Positions 1-12,069 are shown, numbered from the stretch's first letter. The stretch: DNA of 64,000 bases from Phaeosaccion multiseriatum (GCA_965112735.1 OZ218950.1:3844001-3908000); one strand, 5' to 3'. A program made the numbers and translations. Notes: a model not told the origin generated them from the letters alone.

Positions 1-1250
1 ATCCTACACGCTTCTTGCAGAGCCGCAGTGTAGCGCCCCCACCCTCTCTAATCAAAGAATCAAATGGCACCCCAGACGGACCTTCAGATGGTAAACCCTG
101 TCTCTCAAGTCGAGCTCCATTCGCATGCGCCTCACCAGGCGTGTCATCTCCTCCTCCTCTTCAGCGGTACGGTAGCTCTCCTCTCCTGATGAGCACGCAT
201 GCATGGCGACAAGAGCAACAGCAACAGCAACAGCGAATAATAGTGAAAAAAGCGCCAGCACTCGACCACACAAGCATCATCACCCCACAAGGAGAAGACG
301 ACAAGAAGGGGGGTGCTGAGAGGAGGAGTGTGCACGCTCAGAGAGATAAAGGCAGACTATGACACTCCCCCGAGACACAGACTCAAGCGGCACGTCCGGG
401 CTTCTTGGTGAGAGCCTGGCCCTGGGTGCATGTGTGGACTTGACTACTCACCGAATTTGATGGCAGCAGCGATGTCATGCTGCCAGGCCTCCTTCTCGTC
501 TTGGCCACTTGCTGCCAATATCCACTCTTCTGCTACCCCTGCGTTGAACACGACGAAGCTTGAACAGAGACGGCGCGTGTGTGTGGGCGGGGAAAGGGAG
601 AGACAGAGGCGGCGGGTGAGGAGGACATTTCAAACATGGCGCCCTCCTGCGAAAGCCCTTTCGCCGATGCTTGATTCACGAGTGAATTGGGTAAGTACTG
701 TTTTGACTGTGCAGCGAAAAACATCCTTACCCGAGTGGTAGAGCCTCGACTATTCCCTTTGTAGATTCGTTTTGGTTTGTGCTCGTTGTGCTGAGCGAGG
801 CCCCGCGAAGGTTGATCTCATTCGCACTCCCATTTGTCCCGAACACTTGAACATTCCTCTGCGGCAATACAGAAGCAGCAAGATCAGCTGAGCGAGTGCG
901 GCAATGGAAGGGCGACTTGGAAAAGCATGCACAAGGGGAAGGGGATGGGGCACCTCCACCGGATACGAGCTATACCTTGTAGCGGAGAAAGTGCCCGGCT
1001 AAGTACATCTTCTTGTCAGTCCATTGGCGCTGGTGAGGGTCGTAAAGGCGGAGAGTTCCTGCAGAAGAGGGCAGAGTGACGGGAAAGAATGATGAGGGGG
1101 GTGAGAGGAGAGGGGATCCGGTGGGGGCGTACCTTTTCTTATCAGTGCCCTCGCTCTCTTTTCTTCACCCCCCCCTGCACGGCCTCGTCTTAGTCCCCTG
1201 CTAAACCCCTCTTTCCATGCCTCATCACCCCCGGAGATTTTCCTCCTCAT
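1..1250 (-). CDS. PH-domain protein (spliced; continues past window start)
   Basis: Spliced minus-strand exons read MRRKISG...ALIRKG|TLRLYDPHQRQWTDKKMYLAGHFLRYK|...NEINLRGASL...|FVVFNAGVAEEWILAASGQDEKEAWQHDIAAAIKF. This matches the PH pattern (beta1 KG.L, W.K, INL.G, C-terminal helix E..W...I). GT/AG boundaries at ~1131, ~1059, ~974 and ~451. Confidence 0.7.
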
Positions 1251-1336
1251 CCTATAACTCTCGATTGATTTTTGCCGATGGATGGTTCTTCTTGCCGTGT
1301 TGCTTCTCCAGACTCACAGCGCGGCGACGCCTTGCG

Positions 1337-1673
1337 ATGCCACAAAAAAAAATGCCACTTCAGCATAATATTAGCCGCATGCTTCGCCCCGTCCTCTCTC
1401 CCGCGCTGCTCCGCAATCTGCGGGCAAGAGATGGGAGTCAGGCTTGTGGTGGAGGGCTCATGAGGCTGCTTCTGCATCAGCTTCAAGGCAGCACGAGACC
1501 CTACCAGACTGAAGCCAGAGGCCAACAATTTCTTCCCGAGGCCTACAGTGTCGCCAGCACGTTGCCTCTCCGAGGCGTGATCTTCGATGTAGAACTGGTT
1601 TCCAGAATGGGTGGGCAGGGGAGCCAGAGCAGCAGCAGCAGTAGCAACGAGGGTGGTGGTGGTGGCGGAGGAG

Positions 1674-1737
<64 letters not shown>

Positions 1738-3269
1738 GAGCAGTAGTAGTAGCGGGTGTTCTCCGACGCCGACTTCCGACCCCCTGGCCTTCGTCAGGGA
1801 CATCAAACAGGTAATGGGCAAGGCGAAGGAGGCGTCGGGCAAGGCCAATCACTTTGGACTTTCCTATGAACCTTTACTGGAAGAGCAAGAGGTCAAGGGC
1901 GGAGCTTTGGAGGCGGCTTTATGCTCCCAAGCCCTGGGAGAGCTTCTAAAGGACGGCACGGCGAAGAGACAGGAAGGAGGGAAAACAGAAGCTGCAGCAG
2001 AGTCGGGGGAGAAGGCCGGAGGGGCGAAGAGTGCTTCGTCCGTAGCAGCCTCCTCCGGTCACTATGGTGGCGGCAGCGTCAGTGGCAGTAGCGTGAAGGA
2101 CAAGTACATGGCGAAGCTCTTGCGAAAGACAAGGGGCCGGAGCAGCGTGGCCTCATCCGGCAGTGGTGCTGGCGACGCCCAGTTCCTCATGGCGGCGCGG
2201 AGCAATGCTCTGGAGGGAGGCACACAGAATAGCCAATGGAGGCTTCTTCCGCAGGTACGAATAGTAGCCTGCTCGCAAGCTTTACTCACAACGCCGAACG
2301 TTTACTTATCGTTATGGTGTTGCTGCCCCCCTTTCTCAGAAGCGGCAGAGGGAGGGGGGTTAAGTCGTGGGAGGGGGGAGGTGACGGGAGACTCTTATCA
2401 GTGAGTTCCTCTGCTTCAGTCGCGCTAGTCTGGATCCCTCACTCTTCCGCGCCGCGCCGTTTCGACTTCCCCCCCCCCTCCTCCTCCTCCTCCTCCTTCT
2501 CCTCCTCCTCCTCCTCATCATCATCATAACGCTAGGCTGGGGCCCTGTTACTCTATCTTGCAGGACGAAACCTCAAAGTAGGCCTCCTTTCCAACATACC
2601 CCCTGACGCCACAGCCAGTGACGACGCACGTACTCTAGTGCGGCAAGTCAAGGAGGTGACAAGGGGGGGGCTTTCCCCACCAGCAGAGCCCGGCTTGGAA
2701 GCGTTGATGGTTGCACTTAAACTTCCTGCTGAGAGCGTGCTCGTGGTTAGTGTCTCCGATGCTGTCATAAAGGAGGGCACGGAAAGGGGACACATGACAT
2801 GTGGCCTTCGCGCTCCCAATGCACAGAGGGGCAAGTGGAGGACGGACTTTTTTGTGCCCAAGATTGAGGAGGTGAGTGAGTGAGTGAGTGAGTGAGTGAG
2901 TGAGTGAGTGAGTGAGGGACTTGAGGGACTTGAGTGAGGGTGTGAACAAGTGAGTGAGTGAGTGAGTGAGTGAGTGAGTGAGCGAGTGAGTGAGTGAGAG
3001 AGTGAGTGAGTGAGTGAGTGAGTGAGTGAGTGAGTAAGTGAGTGAATGGGTGAATGAGTGAGTGAACGAGTGAAGGAGTGCGTGGTGACCGAGCGCGTGA
3101 GTGAACGTGCATGCCTGAGTGCGTGCGTGCGAAGCCCATGAAGCAGGCCCTTCTGGAGCGAGTCCCCTTGGGCCCACAAATCTCAACGTGTATCACACTC
3201 CACCCCACTCCTGCCGTACAGGTGAAGCACGTTGTGGAGGAGCTCAACGGAGTGTCTTATCGAGTCTGA
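1337..3269 (+). CDS. HAD-superfamily-like protein with degenerate catalytic motifs and a long Ser/Gly insertion; possible organellar presequence
   Basis: Exons ~1337-2254, ~2536-2871, 3222-3269. GVIFDVELV (motif I-like), WRLLPQ|AGALLLYLAGRNLKVGLLSN (motif II), LKLPAESVLVVSVSDAVIKEG (motif IV region), ends ELNGVSYRV*. Arg/Leu-rich N-terminus. Confidence 0.6.
2872..3075 (+). repeat. (GTGA)n tetranucleotide microsatellite starting exactly at an intron 5' splice site
   Basis: GAGGAG|gtgagtgagtgag... continues, with interruptions, for ~200 bp. Confidence 0.95.
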
Positions 3270-3631
3270 ACGAGTGGCGAAGGAAGGGTGCCCTCTCGAA
3301 GCCGGCGCTCAGCTTCTCTCTTGATATCCGAGGCGCTTACCTCACCTCACCTCTTGGCGACGGCTGATGCACTAGGTGGTGCACTGCGCTCCTCCCTGAG
3401 CGGTTGTCGAGGGCAAGCACAAGGAGTAGCAGCAGGCCACGCTGTTGCCCTCTAACCCCATGTCAGTGGCGCAGCAGGGGCAGGAGTCTCGTGATACAGC
3501 ATCCCCTGTCCGGCGGCGTCTCTGCGGTCTGGGCTCTGTACTTCCACCGACTACAATAGCCAATTAGGTAGGGTAGTTGTTTTCAATTAAAAAAATAAAA
3601 TAAAGTACGAAGGACACCCAACAGCAAGCAG

Positions 3632-6454
3632 TCATCGGTAGTGTTGTGTGAGGCTCCGCAGCAGCACCGCAGTGTTGTTGATCCTGTCTTGGCGCTGCTG
3701 TGCCGCAGAGGCGGCGGCCAATGCCACCAGACCAAAGGGCTCACAGGGCAGCAGGAGCGCAGCCAGGGGCAGACTGCCAAGTGGCCGTTGTTCGCTCGCC
3801 GCCTGCAGCTGGGCGGTGCTAAGCAAGAGCTCTTCCGTCTTGCGCAGCCGTCTCCGCATGGCCTCGCAGGACCGGTGCAGCTTGCTCCAGCCAGCCGAAG
3901 CCGCCGCAGCGGTAGTAATAGCAGTTGGTGATTCAGCAGCAGCAGCAAGAGGAGGAGGATGGGCCGGTGACGAGGGGTCCAAGGAGGAGGACTCGTAGTA
4001 ATCATGACAACACCCTACTGGTGTGGACGGGGCCAGGCCGTTGTGTTGCAGTGTGCCAGCTTCCCCTCGATGAGGAGGGTGATGATGATGACGATGATGA
4101 TGATGCGCCCCCGCTCTCCGTTGCGACCTCCTCGGTTGTAGTCGTTCTGTGCGCGTGGTCTGCGTCTGTCGGTCACACTCCTGGTGTTCCTGCTTCTCCT
4201 CCACCTCCTCCTCCTCCTCCTCCTCCTCCCTTGCGGCCCATCCTCCTGCCTTACATGTATCCCTCACGTCGGCGCCGCGTAGAATCGACTGCTGGTGCTT
4301 CTTCATCACTCTCGCCTCCTCCCTTCCGTAGAGGCCCGCGCTCAGTCCTTGCCCGATGGCCTCGTCCCTCAAGCGGTCAATGGTGCGCTGCATGCCCTGA
4401 ATATGGCGTTGGTACTCCACATCTGTCGTCTTCCTTCTTCTCTCCTCAGAGTCAGCTTTCAACTTGCTTTGTTCTAATCCTCTCTGCAGCGAGCGAATCT
4501 CCTCCTGCTTTCTCCTTTCCTTATCCCTCTGCGCCTCCTCGAGTGCCTGTAGTTGCTGTTGGCTCCTCTCCTCCTTCTCCCGCTCTTCCCTTTTGCTTTC
4601 GGCCTCCCTCTCCTGCGCTTGCTCCTTCAAGGCTGCAACCTCGGCTCTCCTGTCCGCCTCAAGTCTCTGCAGCCGTTTTAATTCGGCCCCAAAGCTCTCC
4701 TCCTTCACTTTCATTTCACTCTGCAAAGACAGGATGACCAGGCCTGCCTTGTCCTTCTCCACTTGCTCAGTTTGCTTGATTCTCCCCTGCACCTGCGCTT
4801 CTGTCTCCTGAAGCTGCTCTTTGAGACGCCCCACCACGTCGTCCCGTGCTGATACCTGCATCGTCCGATCTTGCTCCGCTTCCCCGAGGGCACTCTCCAA
4901 CGCGGCAATCGCGCAGGCCTTCTCGCTTCCTGCCCGCTGGAGGGCGGAAATGGTTGTCCGCTGGAGGCTTGTGAACCAGAGCAGGAACGACCTCCGAACA
5001 AGCTCGCTGTGATGTCGCTGCAAACTGCAGCACATTGCTCGAAGGAGTTTGGTGGTGCGGACAGCGTTGCATTGGTCGGTCGGTCGGATCATGATGGCCT
5101 TCCACCTCTGAAGCGCTTGCCGGTGAAAGGCACCCCATCTTCTCTTGGCGACTTTCGCGAGTGCTCTCTTCTGCCCCTCCTTCCGCACCCTCCCTTCCTC
5201 CTCGACTTGAGCGTGCCGTGACAAGGCTCGGGTCGAGTGCTGCCAGTGGCCCCAAGCATGTCTCAAGAGCGGCTGCTGGTAGCATGCTTTCCAGAGCACG
5301 TTTAGACGAGTAAGCATCTTCCTCCGGCAGACGGAGTAGCGTGCCCAGTGCTCAAAGGCCAGGCTTTGTCTCTGCCGATGCAGTCTCACCGCCACAAGAC
5401 CCACCAGCGCCCTTCTTCCCTCTCCAAGCCACCGTAGATACGCTTTCCAAGCCGCAAAACCTCTACTCATCCCCCTCGCTTCGCTCACGAGCCTGCTCAC
5501 GCGATACTTGTGGACATGCCGCAACCACTCTCGAAAACAATCCCTTTGGACTCGCATCGCAGCACGTTCATCAGCTTGTTCTCTGACCGCAATGGTTCGC
5601 CACGTCCAGAGCGAAACGCGCTGCTGATGGCGGGAGAGGAGCGAGACGCATCTGCACAGCAGCCTCTCGCCCACATGTTGGAAGCTCGAGCGTGTGAGGT
5701 GCGCTCCCCGGGCGCGGAAGAACTGTCGTACTTGTGCTCTGGCCAGGACGATGCACAGTCGCGCCATGCCTCGAGTCATTCGTTCGCGGAGGAGGGACTG
5801 CAACGACGCGAGGGGTAGTCGAAAGCGCAAGCGATTGAACGCGCTTCTCTTCGCGACGGCGCTGCTCCATGCCACCCGAGCAGCTATAAAGCTTAGCAGC
5901 TTTCGAATAGCTTCTGTTTCTGCTCTGGTGTAGCACCTTGTCGCCTTCCTGCGCCAGCGGTGAAAGCATGCGCAAGTGGCGTTGAAGTCGCTTCCCCTCT
6001 TGATGAACTCTAACCGCGTCAGTTTGAGATACAGCGCAGCTCGAATGTCCCCCGAAAGGAGCTGGAAGCGGAGTTTCCGCTTTGTGAGCGAAGGATCAGG
6101 GTCTACTCGAACACATTGCCGCTGTTTCCCAGTAGTAGTGCTGCTGCTGCTGCTGCTGCTGCTTTTCGTCCTTCCTGCTGCTGCTCTCCTCTGATGCCTC
6201 TCTTCCGCAAGCGCTTTCCTATACGCCATGGCCAGGTCTTGGAGCTTGTTGGAAGAGTCGTCATGTCCAACAAGAGGTCCCCTGGGCGAGGGTGTCTCCG
6301 CCCCACAATAGCTCTTGCTCTTATTCTGCCCCGTGTTGTCCCACCCCTCCCGTATCGTCTGCTCCCCACTCCCCCCCGCCCAGCTGCGCTGGAGACTCCC
6401 TGGCTGCTCCAGGAGGGGAGATGGCACACAGATGTTCAAAGGAGTCTCGCTCAT
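3632..6454 (-). CDS. 940-aa intronless protein with Sfi1-like Trp repeats and a coiled coil (putative centrin-binding/centriolar)
   Basis: Long ORF with periodic F/A..W motifs (CFHRWRR, CFREWLR, GFAAWKAY, AFEHWARY, AWGHWQH, ALQRWKA, SFLLWFT), followed by an E/K/Q/R-rich heptad region. Confidence 0.65.
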   Translation of the reverse strand: MSETPLNICVPSPLLEQPGSLQRSWAGGSGEQTIREGWDNTGQNKSKSYCGAETPSPRGPLVGHDDSSNKLQDLAMAYRKALAEERHQRRAAAGRTKSSSSSSSSTTTGKQRQCVRVDPDPSLTKRKLRFQLLSGDIRAALYLKLTRLEFIKRGSDFNATCACFHRWRRKATRCYTRAETEAIRKLLSFIAARVAWSSAVAKRSAFNRLRFRLPLASLQSLLRERMTRGMARLCIVLARAQVRQFFRARGAHLTRSSFQHVGERLLCRCVSLLSRHQQRVSLWTWRTIAVREQADERAAMRVQRDCFREWLRHVHKYRVSRLVSEARGMSRGFAAWKAYLRWLGEGRRALVGLVAVRLHRQRQSLAFEHWARYSVCRRKMLTRLNVLWKACYQQPLLRHAWGHWQHSTRALSRHAQVEEEGRVRKEGQKRALAKVAKRRWGAFHRQALQRWKAIMIRPTDQCNAVRTTKLLRAMCCSLQRHHSELVRRSFLLWFTSLQRTTISALQRAGSEKACAIAALESALGEAEQDRTMQVSARDDVVGRLKEQLQETEAQVQGRIKQTEQVEKDKAGLVILSLQSEMKVKEESFGAELKRLQRLEADRRAEVAALKEQAQEREAESKREEREKEERSQQQLQALEEAQRDKERRKQEEIRSLQRGLEQSKLKADSEERRRKTTDVEYQRHIQGMQRTIDRLRDEAIGQGLSAGLYGREEARVMKKHQQSILRGADVRDTCKAGGWAAREEEEEEEEVEEKQEHQECDRQTQTTRTERLQPRRSQRRAGAHHHHRHHHHPPHRGEAGTLQHNGLAPSTPVGCCHDYYESSSLDPSSPAHPPPLAAAAESPTAITTAAAASAGWSKLHRSCEAMRRRLRKTEELLLSTAQLQAASEQRPLGSLPLAALLLPCEPFGLVALAAASAAQQRQDRINNTAVLLRSLTQHYR

Positions 6455-6589
6455 CTGGCCTCAAAGCCCTCGAAAGGCTTGATAAAGGGGCTGGAGATAA
6501 AAGACCGTTAAGTGCCATCTCTAGGGTGAGTAACGCCATCTACACATGGTGGTAATAGTTTCACAACTGGCTTGTTCTCATTTCCCCCT

Positions 6590-6910
6590 TCCCCTCCCCA
6601 TCGAGACCCACGGCCGACTCGGCGCACAGGCGCAATCGCTCCTGCACGCACTCGCCGAGCACGTGGTCACCCGCACTGGCCGCACGGGCTCCTCCACCAC
6701 CAAGGGCCACGTCCTGACACGACTACGCCGCCTCGTCAGCTGCAGCCACCAGATGTGGCTCTCGGAGCGGGAGCGCGCCTTCCTGGGTCGGCTCAACCGC
6801 GGAGCCGGTCCCGCACTCCCCCTCCCCGCCCTAGAGGGGGAGTAACCGGCCCCTCGAGGGCCCCGGAGACACAGCGACACCTACACACACACACACACAC
6901 ACACACACAC
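6590..6910 (+). mobile_element. 5'-truncated non-LTR retrotransposon 3' end (restriction-like-endonuclease type, CRE-like) with (AC)14 tail
   Basis: Translation LPIETHGRLGAQAQSLLHALAEHVV...KGHVLTRLRRLVSCSHQMWLSER resembles the C-terminus of RLE-type LINE ORFs (P..ET.G..G..A..LL..LA...R...S..Q). Stop at 6845, then a short UTR and (AC)14 at 6883-6910. Confidence 0.7.
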
Positions 6911-7050
6911 TTTCACACTTTCAGTTTCTTAGGTGATTCCTATTAAGTCAATAAAGTCTTCCCTTCCCCTCCCCGCACTTAAGGGTGTAATATATAATAA
7001 ACCTCCTATTTTCTTCTTTTCCCAGGCCTTTTGACTACATATAATTCACG

Positions 7051-10000
7051 CTACAAGCCTATCCAATAGCTGCGTCCGTTGGGGTTGTGTATTGGTGAGG
7101 CCTGCGGACTCGTCAAACCCCACTCGTACCACACCTTCTGGGGGCTCACACAGCGCCAAAAGTGCACCGTGACTGAGTCTCCTTCGCTGAGAGTGACCGG
7201 GTGCCGAAGCGGGATGTAGAGAGGGAACCAGCTGAACATGCCCGTGGAGAACGTCTCCGGGACGATAGATATGGCAATGTCCTTGAAGAGTTTAGCCTCG
7301 AACGTGCCGCTGAAACCGTGGAGACAGCCCGCCGTGGTGATGGGGAACGTCTTGGGGGGCGTCACGGAGGGGGTGGGGGATTGGGGTGGGTTGGCGTGCA
7401 GTGGGGTGGGGTGGAAGGGAAGCAGCCAGAGGTGGGGAACAGTGAGACCAAGTGGGCAGGGAAGGGGAGTGGGAGAGGGAGGAGCAGCAGACGACCACCC
7501 TCGCACCCCCATCCACCCGCACGCTCCCACCCCACGCACACCCACACACACACGCCCAAGCACACTCACCATCTCAATGTACCGCGTGTTGTCAATCTTC
7601 TCCTCCCGATTTGGGTGGGCAAACGTAAAGGCAGGCTGATCCTTGGCCAATTGACACACATTGTGCATCTTGACAACATAGGCCGTCTCCATCTTCTTCA
7701 CCTCCGCGTAATTCTCCACGTCTCTCCACAGCTTTTGGGAGGTGATGGGCGCTACAAAGGACGTGTACTCATAGGGGATGGAGATGCCGCTTTCCGGTTT
7801 GAGGAAGGCCTGAGCCCCGTCGAGGCACTCCGGGGAGAGCTCGTTGTCACCCCACGACCCCAGTAGCTCGCTCACGAGAATGTCTGCCAGCTCCGTCGCC
7901 TGATAAGATGACACAGACAGAGAGGGGACGGAGGGAAGGAAGGGGGTGCAAGGGTGAGGACGGAAGGAGGGCTCCCACCGGTGGGTTTCCGTTTCCGTTT
8001 CCGTTTCCGTTTCAGTTTCGGTTTCGCGGGTAGGTGTCCTCCCCCTACTTGGAGAAAGGAGCCTGTAGCCTGGTTGAGCCTGCGGCCTGTCGCATGTAGC
8101 CTGTCGCCTCACCTTCCACTGCCTCATGTCCGTAGCGACGACAGTTACGTTGCTCCACTGCTCCATGCGCACGAGGTTCCGGAGCGTAATGACGGCGTTT
8201 GGGTTCTTCTCCACGGCAAAGACCTTCACCTTCCTCATGGCTGTCTTGCTGGCATTGAGCACTGCTCGCACCAAAGGGCCCCTCCCCGCTCCCACCACCA
8301 TCACTACACTCTCCTTGTCCACACTCGTCTCCTTCGGGCGGGTTGGATGATGTGAGGACGGGGGGAAAGGGGGGCAAGAAAGAACAAGAAGGGTGGAGGG
8401 AGGGAGGGAAGGAGGGAGGGAGGATGTTATAGGCCAGGCTGAAGAAAGCACCGCGGAGGGAGCATAGTGCGCAGAGACTTAGAAAGAAGATCGGCGGTGG
8501 CAGACCTCATTATGAGGTACCGATTTCCTACTTTCTCCCTCCCCTCCCGCCCTGACCCGTAAACCGTCCGCTCACATCACTCACCTCCAACGCAGCGGTG
8601 ATGGCAAGCTCGTACTGGCGGTACTTGACGGGGTCCTTCTCAAAGGCCTCGTAGGTCTGAGACTCGAGATTGTCCATTAGGGGCTGCCAATACAGAGGGG
8701 CAGAGGGGCAGAGAGGCAGGGGCAGAGATAGAGAGGTAAGAGCACAAGGATAGAGGCGCCGAGGCAGAGAGCAGAGGCAGAGAGGGGAAGCCGTGGGCAT
8801 GCGAGAGGTGAGCAGAGACAAGGCCAGGCAGCGAAAGAGAACAATAGGTCTCTCCAGTACTCGTGGTGGTACAGCGAGAGAGAACAACCGGCGTCTCTAG
8901 TACTCAGTGCTCGTGGTGGTACCCTCGAGAGGGGTGGGAAGAGGGGAGGAGGGAAGCGAAGGAAAGGCTCACTGCGCTGCTGCTGCGCCGCTGCTGCTGC
9001 TGCTGTGGCTGCTGCCCCTCTCTCCTCCTCTCCCCCCCCCTCCCCTCCTCTCCTCTCCCCTTCCCTCCTCCCCTCTCCTCTCCCCTCTTCTTCCTCCCCT
9101 CTCCTCTCCCCTATTCGTCCTCCCCTCTCCTCTCCTCCCCTCTCCTCTCCTCTCCTCTCCCCTCCCCTCCTCACCTGCAGCGGGCTCTGTAGATAGTCGA
9201 GGTAGGGCCGTTCGAACTTATCCTGGTCCTGAGCAGGGGGCATCTTGGTGCGAAGGTACTCGAGGTATTGCAGGAAGGGGAGGAAGCCGCTGGAGTGCCA
9301 CGCTCGCCTACACCGAGGAGGGGGAGGAGGAGGAGGAGGAGGAGAAGGAGGAAGAGGGGGAGGAGGGAGAGGGGGAGGAGGGGGAGGAGGAGGAAGAGGG
9401 GGAGGGAGAGGAAGGGGGGGGCACACGGAAAGAAAGGGTCCGTCAGAGGAGTCAGGACTGCAGAAGCGGCGAGATAGGAGGCCGAGATTTGACTTGACTT
9501 ACCCTTTGATGAGCAGCTGCACTTTGAGCTTCAGCATGTTCACAATGAAGTGCTGGTGCCTCTTGGGAAGGGTAGGGAAGCCCTTTCTGTTCATCTGACG
9601 GAGAAAAGCGATCACAGCAAGCACAGAACCCAGTTGAATCAAGACGTTTAAGCCTTGAAAGCTGGGGGACGAAACAGCGCAGAGTAAAGCAGAGCAAAGC
9701 AAAGCAAAGAGTCAAGGACTACACCTGAAAGATAGAGGTCGGCAGCACCAGAGCGGTAACAGGCTCTCCCATCCAGCGCTCTAAGGTGGATGCCTCGGGG
9801 AGATGGGCGCTGAGCTCAAGCACCACATGTAGAGAGGCCCTCTGTTCGCACATTACGCGTATTCTGTTCCACGTTGTCCTGTGCATTTCGTTCGCGTGGC
9901 AGAGGCGGGGCAGAGGAAGAGGGAGAGAGAGACTGACAAAGAGATCGACAGAGAGGTGCGCAGTGACAAGTGAACAGGCCCGAGGAAGGCGAATGCTCTG

Positions 10001-11203
10001 GAGCCCTCTCGGAGCTTCCATCAGCCCTGATCCTCCTCCTCCTCTTCCTCCTCCTCATCTCCTCCTCGTCCTCCTACTACTGCTGCTGCTGCTGCTCTTG
10101 GGGCTCCTCCTCACTCACCATGACTCTTCCACAGGGCTCTCCTCTGTGACGTCGTCTGTCTCGGGATGCACGATGGGCACGCGCACCCACACCTGCGCAA
10201 GTGTACAAGTGTGTGCGTATGCCATGGGGGAGGAGAGTAGGGGGACTAAGTCACTGCGAGGGAAGGGAAGGACGCATCAGCCACACGTGCGCTTCAAAAG
10301 AAGTGCCGGGAGCCGCCCTCATTGTCTCTTCGCCGCACACCCACCCTACCCTATACCCTATACCCTACCCTACCCCATACCCCACCCTATTCCCTACCTG
10401 GATGTATTGGAGGCCCTGCAGGACCTGGTTCAGACACCTGCCGTAATTGACACATCCACTGGGCTTGGGCCGAGGGCACAGCACGGCGGGGACGGCGAGA
10501 TGGGACGCCCATGCGAATTCTTGCTTGAGGGCCTGAGCAGTGGACGAGGGGGAGGGACACCCAATGCCGCGAGTCCAAGAATGTGCCATGTGTGCGCGAG
10601 TGTGGGAGTACGTGGTCCCGTCTACATGAGCATCAGCAGCAAACAGATAGAGGATGGCCAACAGCGCTGCATGCCGCTGTTCGTCGCCCAAAAACGAAGC
10701 AACGCCCCTTAAGGGTGAAGAAAAAGGGGAGAAGACGAGGAGCGGCCAAGCAAAGACAGGCTCCTCCGTGATAGCCAGCCCTGCAGTGGCCTGCCCTTCT
10801 CTCCTGCGTATGTGAGACTTACCACCTCAGATGCCGTCCTAATGTCGGCGCACTTGCTGTCGAGATCAATGCTCTCTGCAATCTTGCCCACCACCACGCT
10901 TCCCCACTGGGAGCTGTCAAGAAGCATGTCACTCCGTGTGAGCGGCGCGTCTCTGTTGTCACTGACTCGCGTGCACGTTCGCTTCAACCGGGGGTGAACG
11001 AGAGGCACACACACAAAGTCAAAGTGCTCTCGCCGTGCCTCGCTGAGCAAGTCATTTAGATCGGGTACGCTGTTGGTGTCGAGGCCAATCACGAGCTTGG
11101 GATGCTGAGGAGGAGGAGGCACTCCTGCAGCCTCCTGCCCGGCAGGAGCAGCAGGAGCGGGTGGAGGTGGCGGCTGCTGCGTCTGTGTATCCGGTACTAC
11201 CAT
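7051..11203 (-). CDS. PRMT5: Protein arginine N-methyltransferase 5 (multi-exon)
   Basis: Diagnostic segments [58 protein letters not shown]|[80 protein letters not shown]. Confidence 0.97.
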
Positions 11204-11303
11204 CTTAACAAAAGATGATTTAATGGGGGGTGTCCAGTCCGAGCCTGGGCGCCGCCGGATGTGCTTTTGTTGACATATTTGAGGCCTGTATAGCCCAGGC
11301 CTG

Positions 11304-11394
11304 TCAACCCCTGATACACTATCCGCTGTCGGCCGGCGCCAGCCGGCGCGCTATCCGCTATCGAGAATGTGGGCGATAGTATATCAGGGGTTGA
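11304..11394. mobile_element. Short (91 bp) MITE copy with ~20-bp terminal inverted repeats
   Basis: TCAACCCCTGATACACTATC...GATAGTATATCAGGGGTTGA. Internal GGCGCCAGCCGGCGCGCTATCCGCTATCGAGAATGT is shared with the 17309-17619 element. Confidence 0.8.
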
Positions 11395-11899
11395 CCCCTG
11401 GGTTGCGACCAGCAGAAGCCGGCCAAACCTCACCTGGGGCCGCGTACCGTTCCTCCTTTGGAAATACATTTGCTCCTATAATAATGTATTGATTCATAAT
11501 ACGTAGCGGATGTCCGCTACTGCTACTGCAGCTGCCTGCTGCTCGCTGTTTGGGCGCAAAAACAAGGCACGGCAGCACCCTGCTGTCACGCCGTCTGCTT
11601 TTGCTTGCCCCCCCAGCACCTGTCTCGGTCTCTTCTCTCCCCCTGCATGTCTATCTGTCCGCACCCCTGTCTTTCTCTCCCCATCCGTCGGTCCGTCCGA
11701 GCGAGTATCTGCTCCCCCCCCCAGCCCAGCCCCGACCGAAGACAGCGACACGAAAAGACACAACACATGCCTTCTCTTGTCCTGCCTGTACGTGCGAAGC
11801 CGACAAAGCTCGGACGTTGCCCGCCCGCCTGCTCATCGCACCATACCACACCCCGCCTCCTCCTCCTCTTCCTCCTCCTCCTCCTCTCCTGCTCAAGAC

Positions 11900-12028
11900 T
11901 CAAGAGGAGTCGGGTAGTACGGCGTCTTTGACAGTGAATTCCGACTTGGGCGCCCCGCACTCCGGGCACTCGAAGTCGTCTCCGAAGAACTTGAACTCTC
12001 GGCCCTGGGGAGGCAGAGAGAGGGAGAT

Positions 12029-12069
<41 letters not shown>

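Noticed and set aside
2553-3247. Minus-strand (HSLT)n repeat proteins
   Set aside because: Antisense translation of the intronic (GTGA)n repeat.
7902-8112. ETETET insertion in PRMT5 suggested by the ORF track
   Set aside because: Lies in a GT-AG intron that happens to be open in frame.
10340-10397. Telomere-like CCCTA(TA) repeats
   Set aside because: Irregular, short and inside a PRMT5 intron next to the donor; better explained as the G-rich 5' intron tract.
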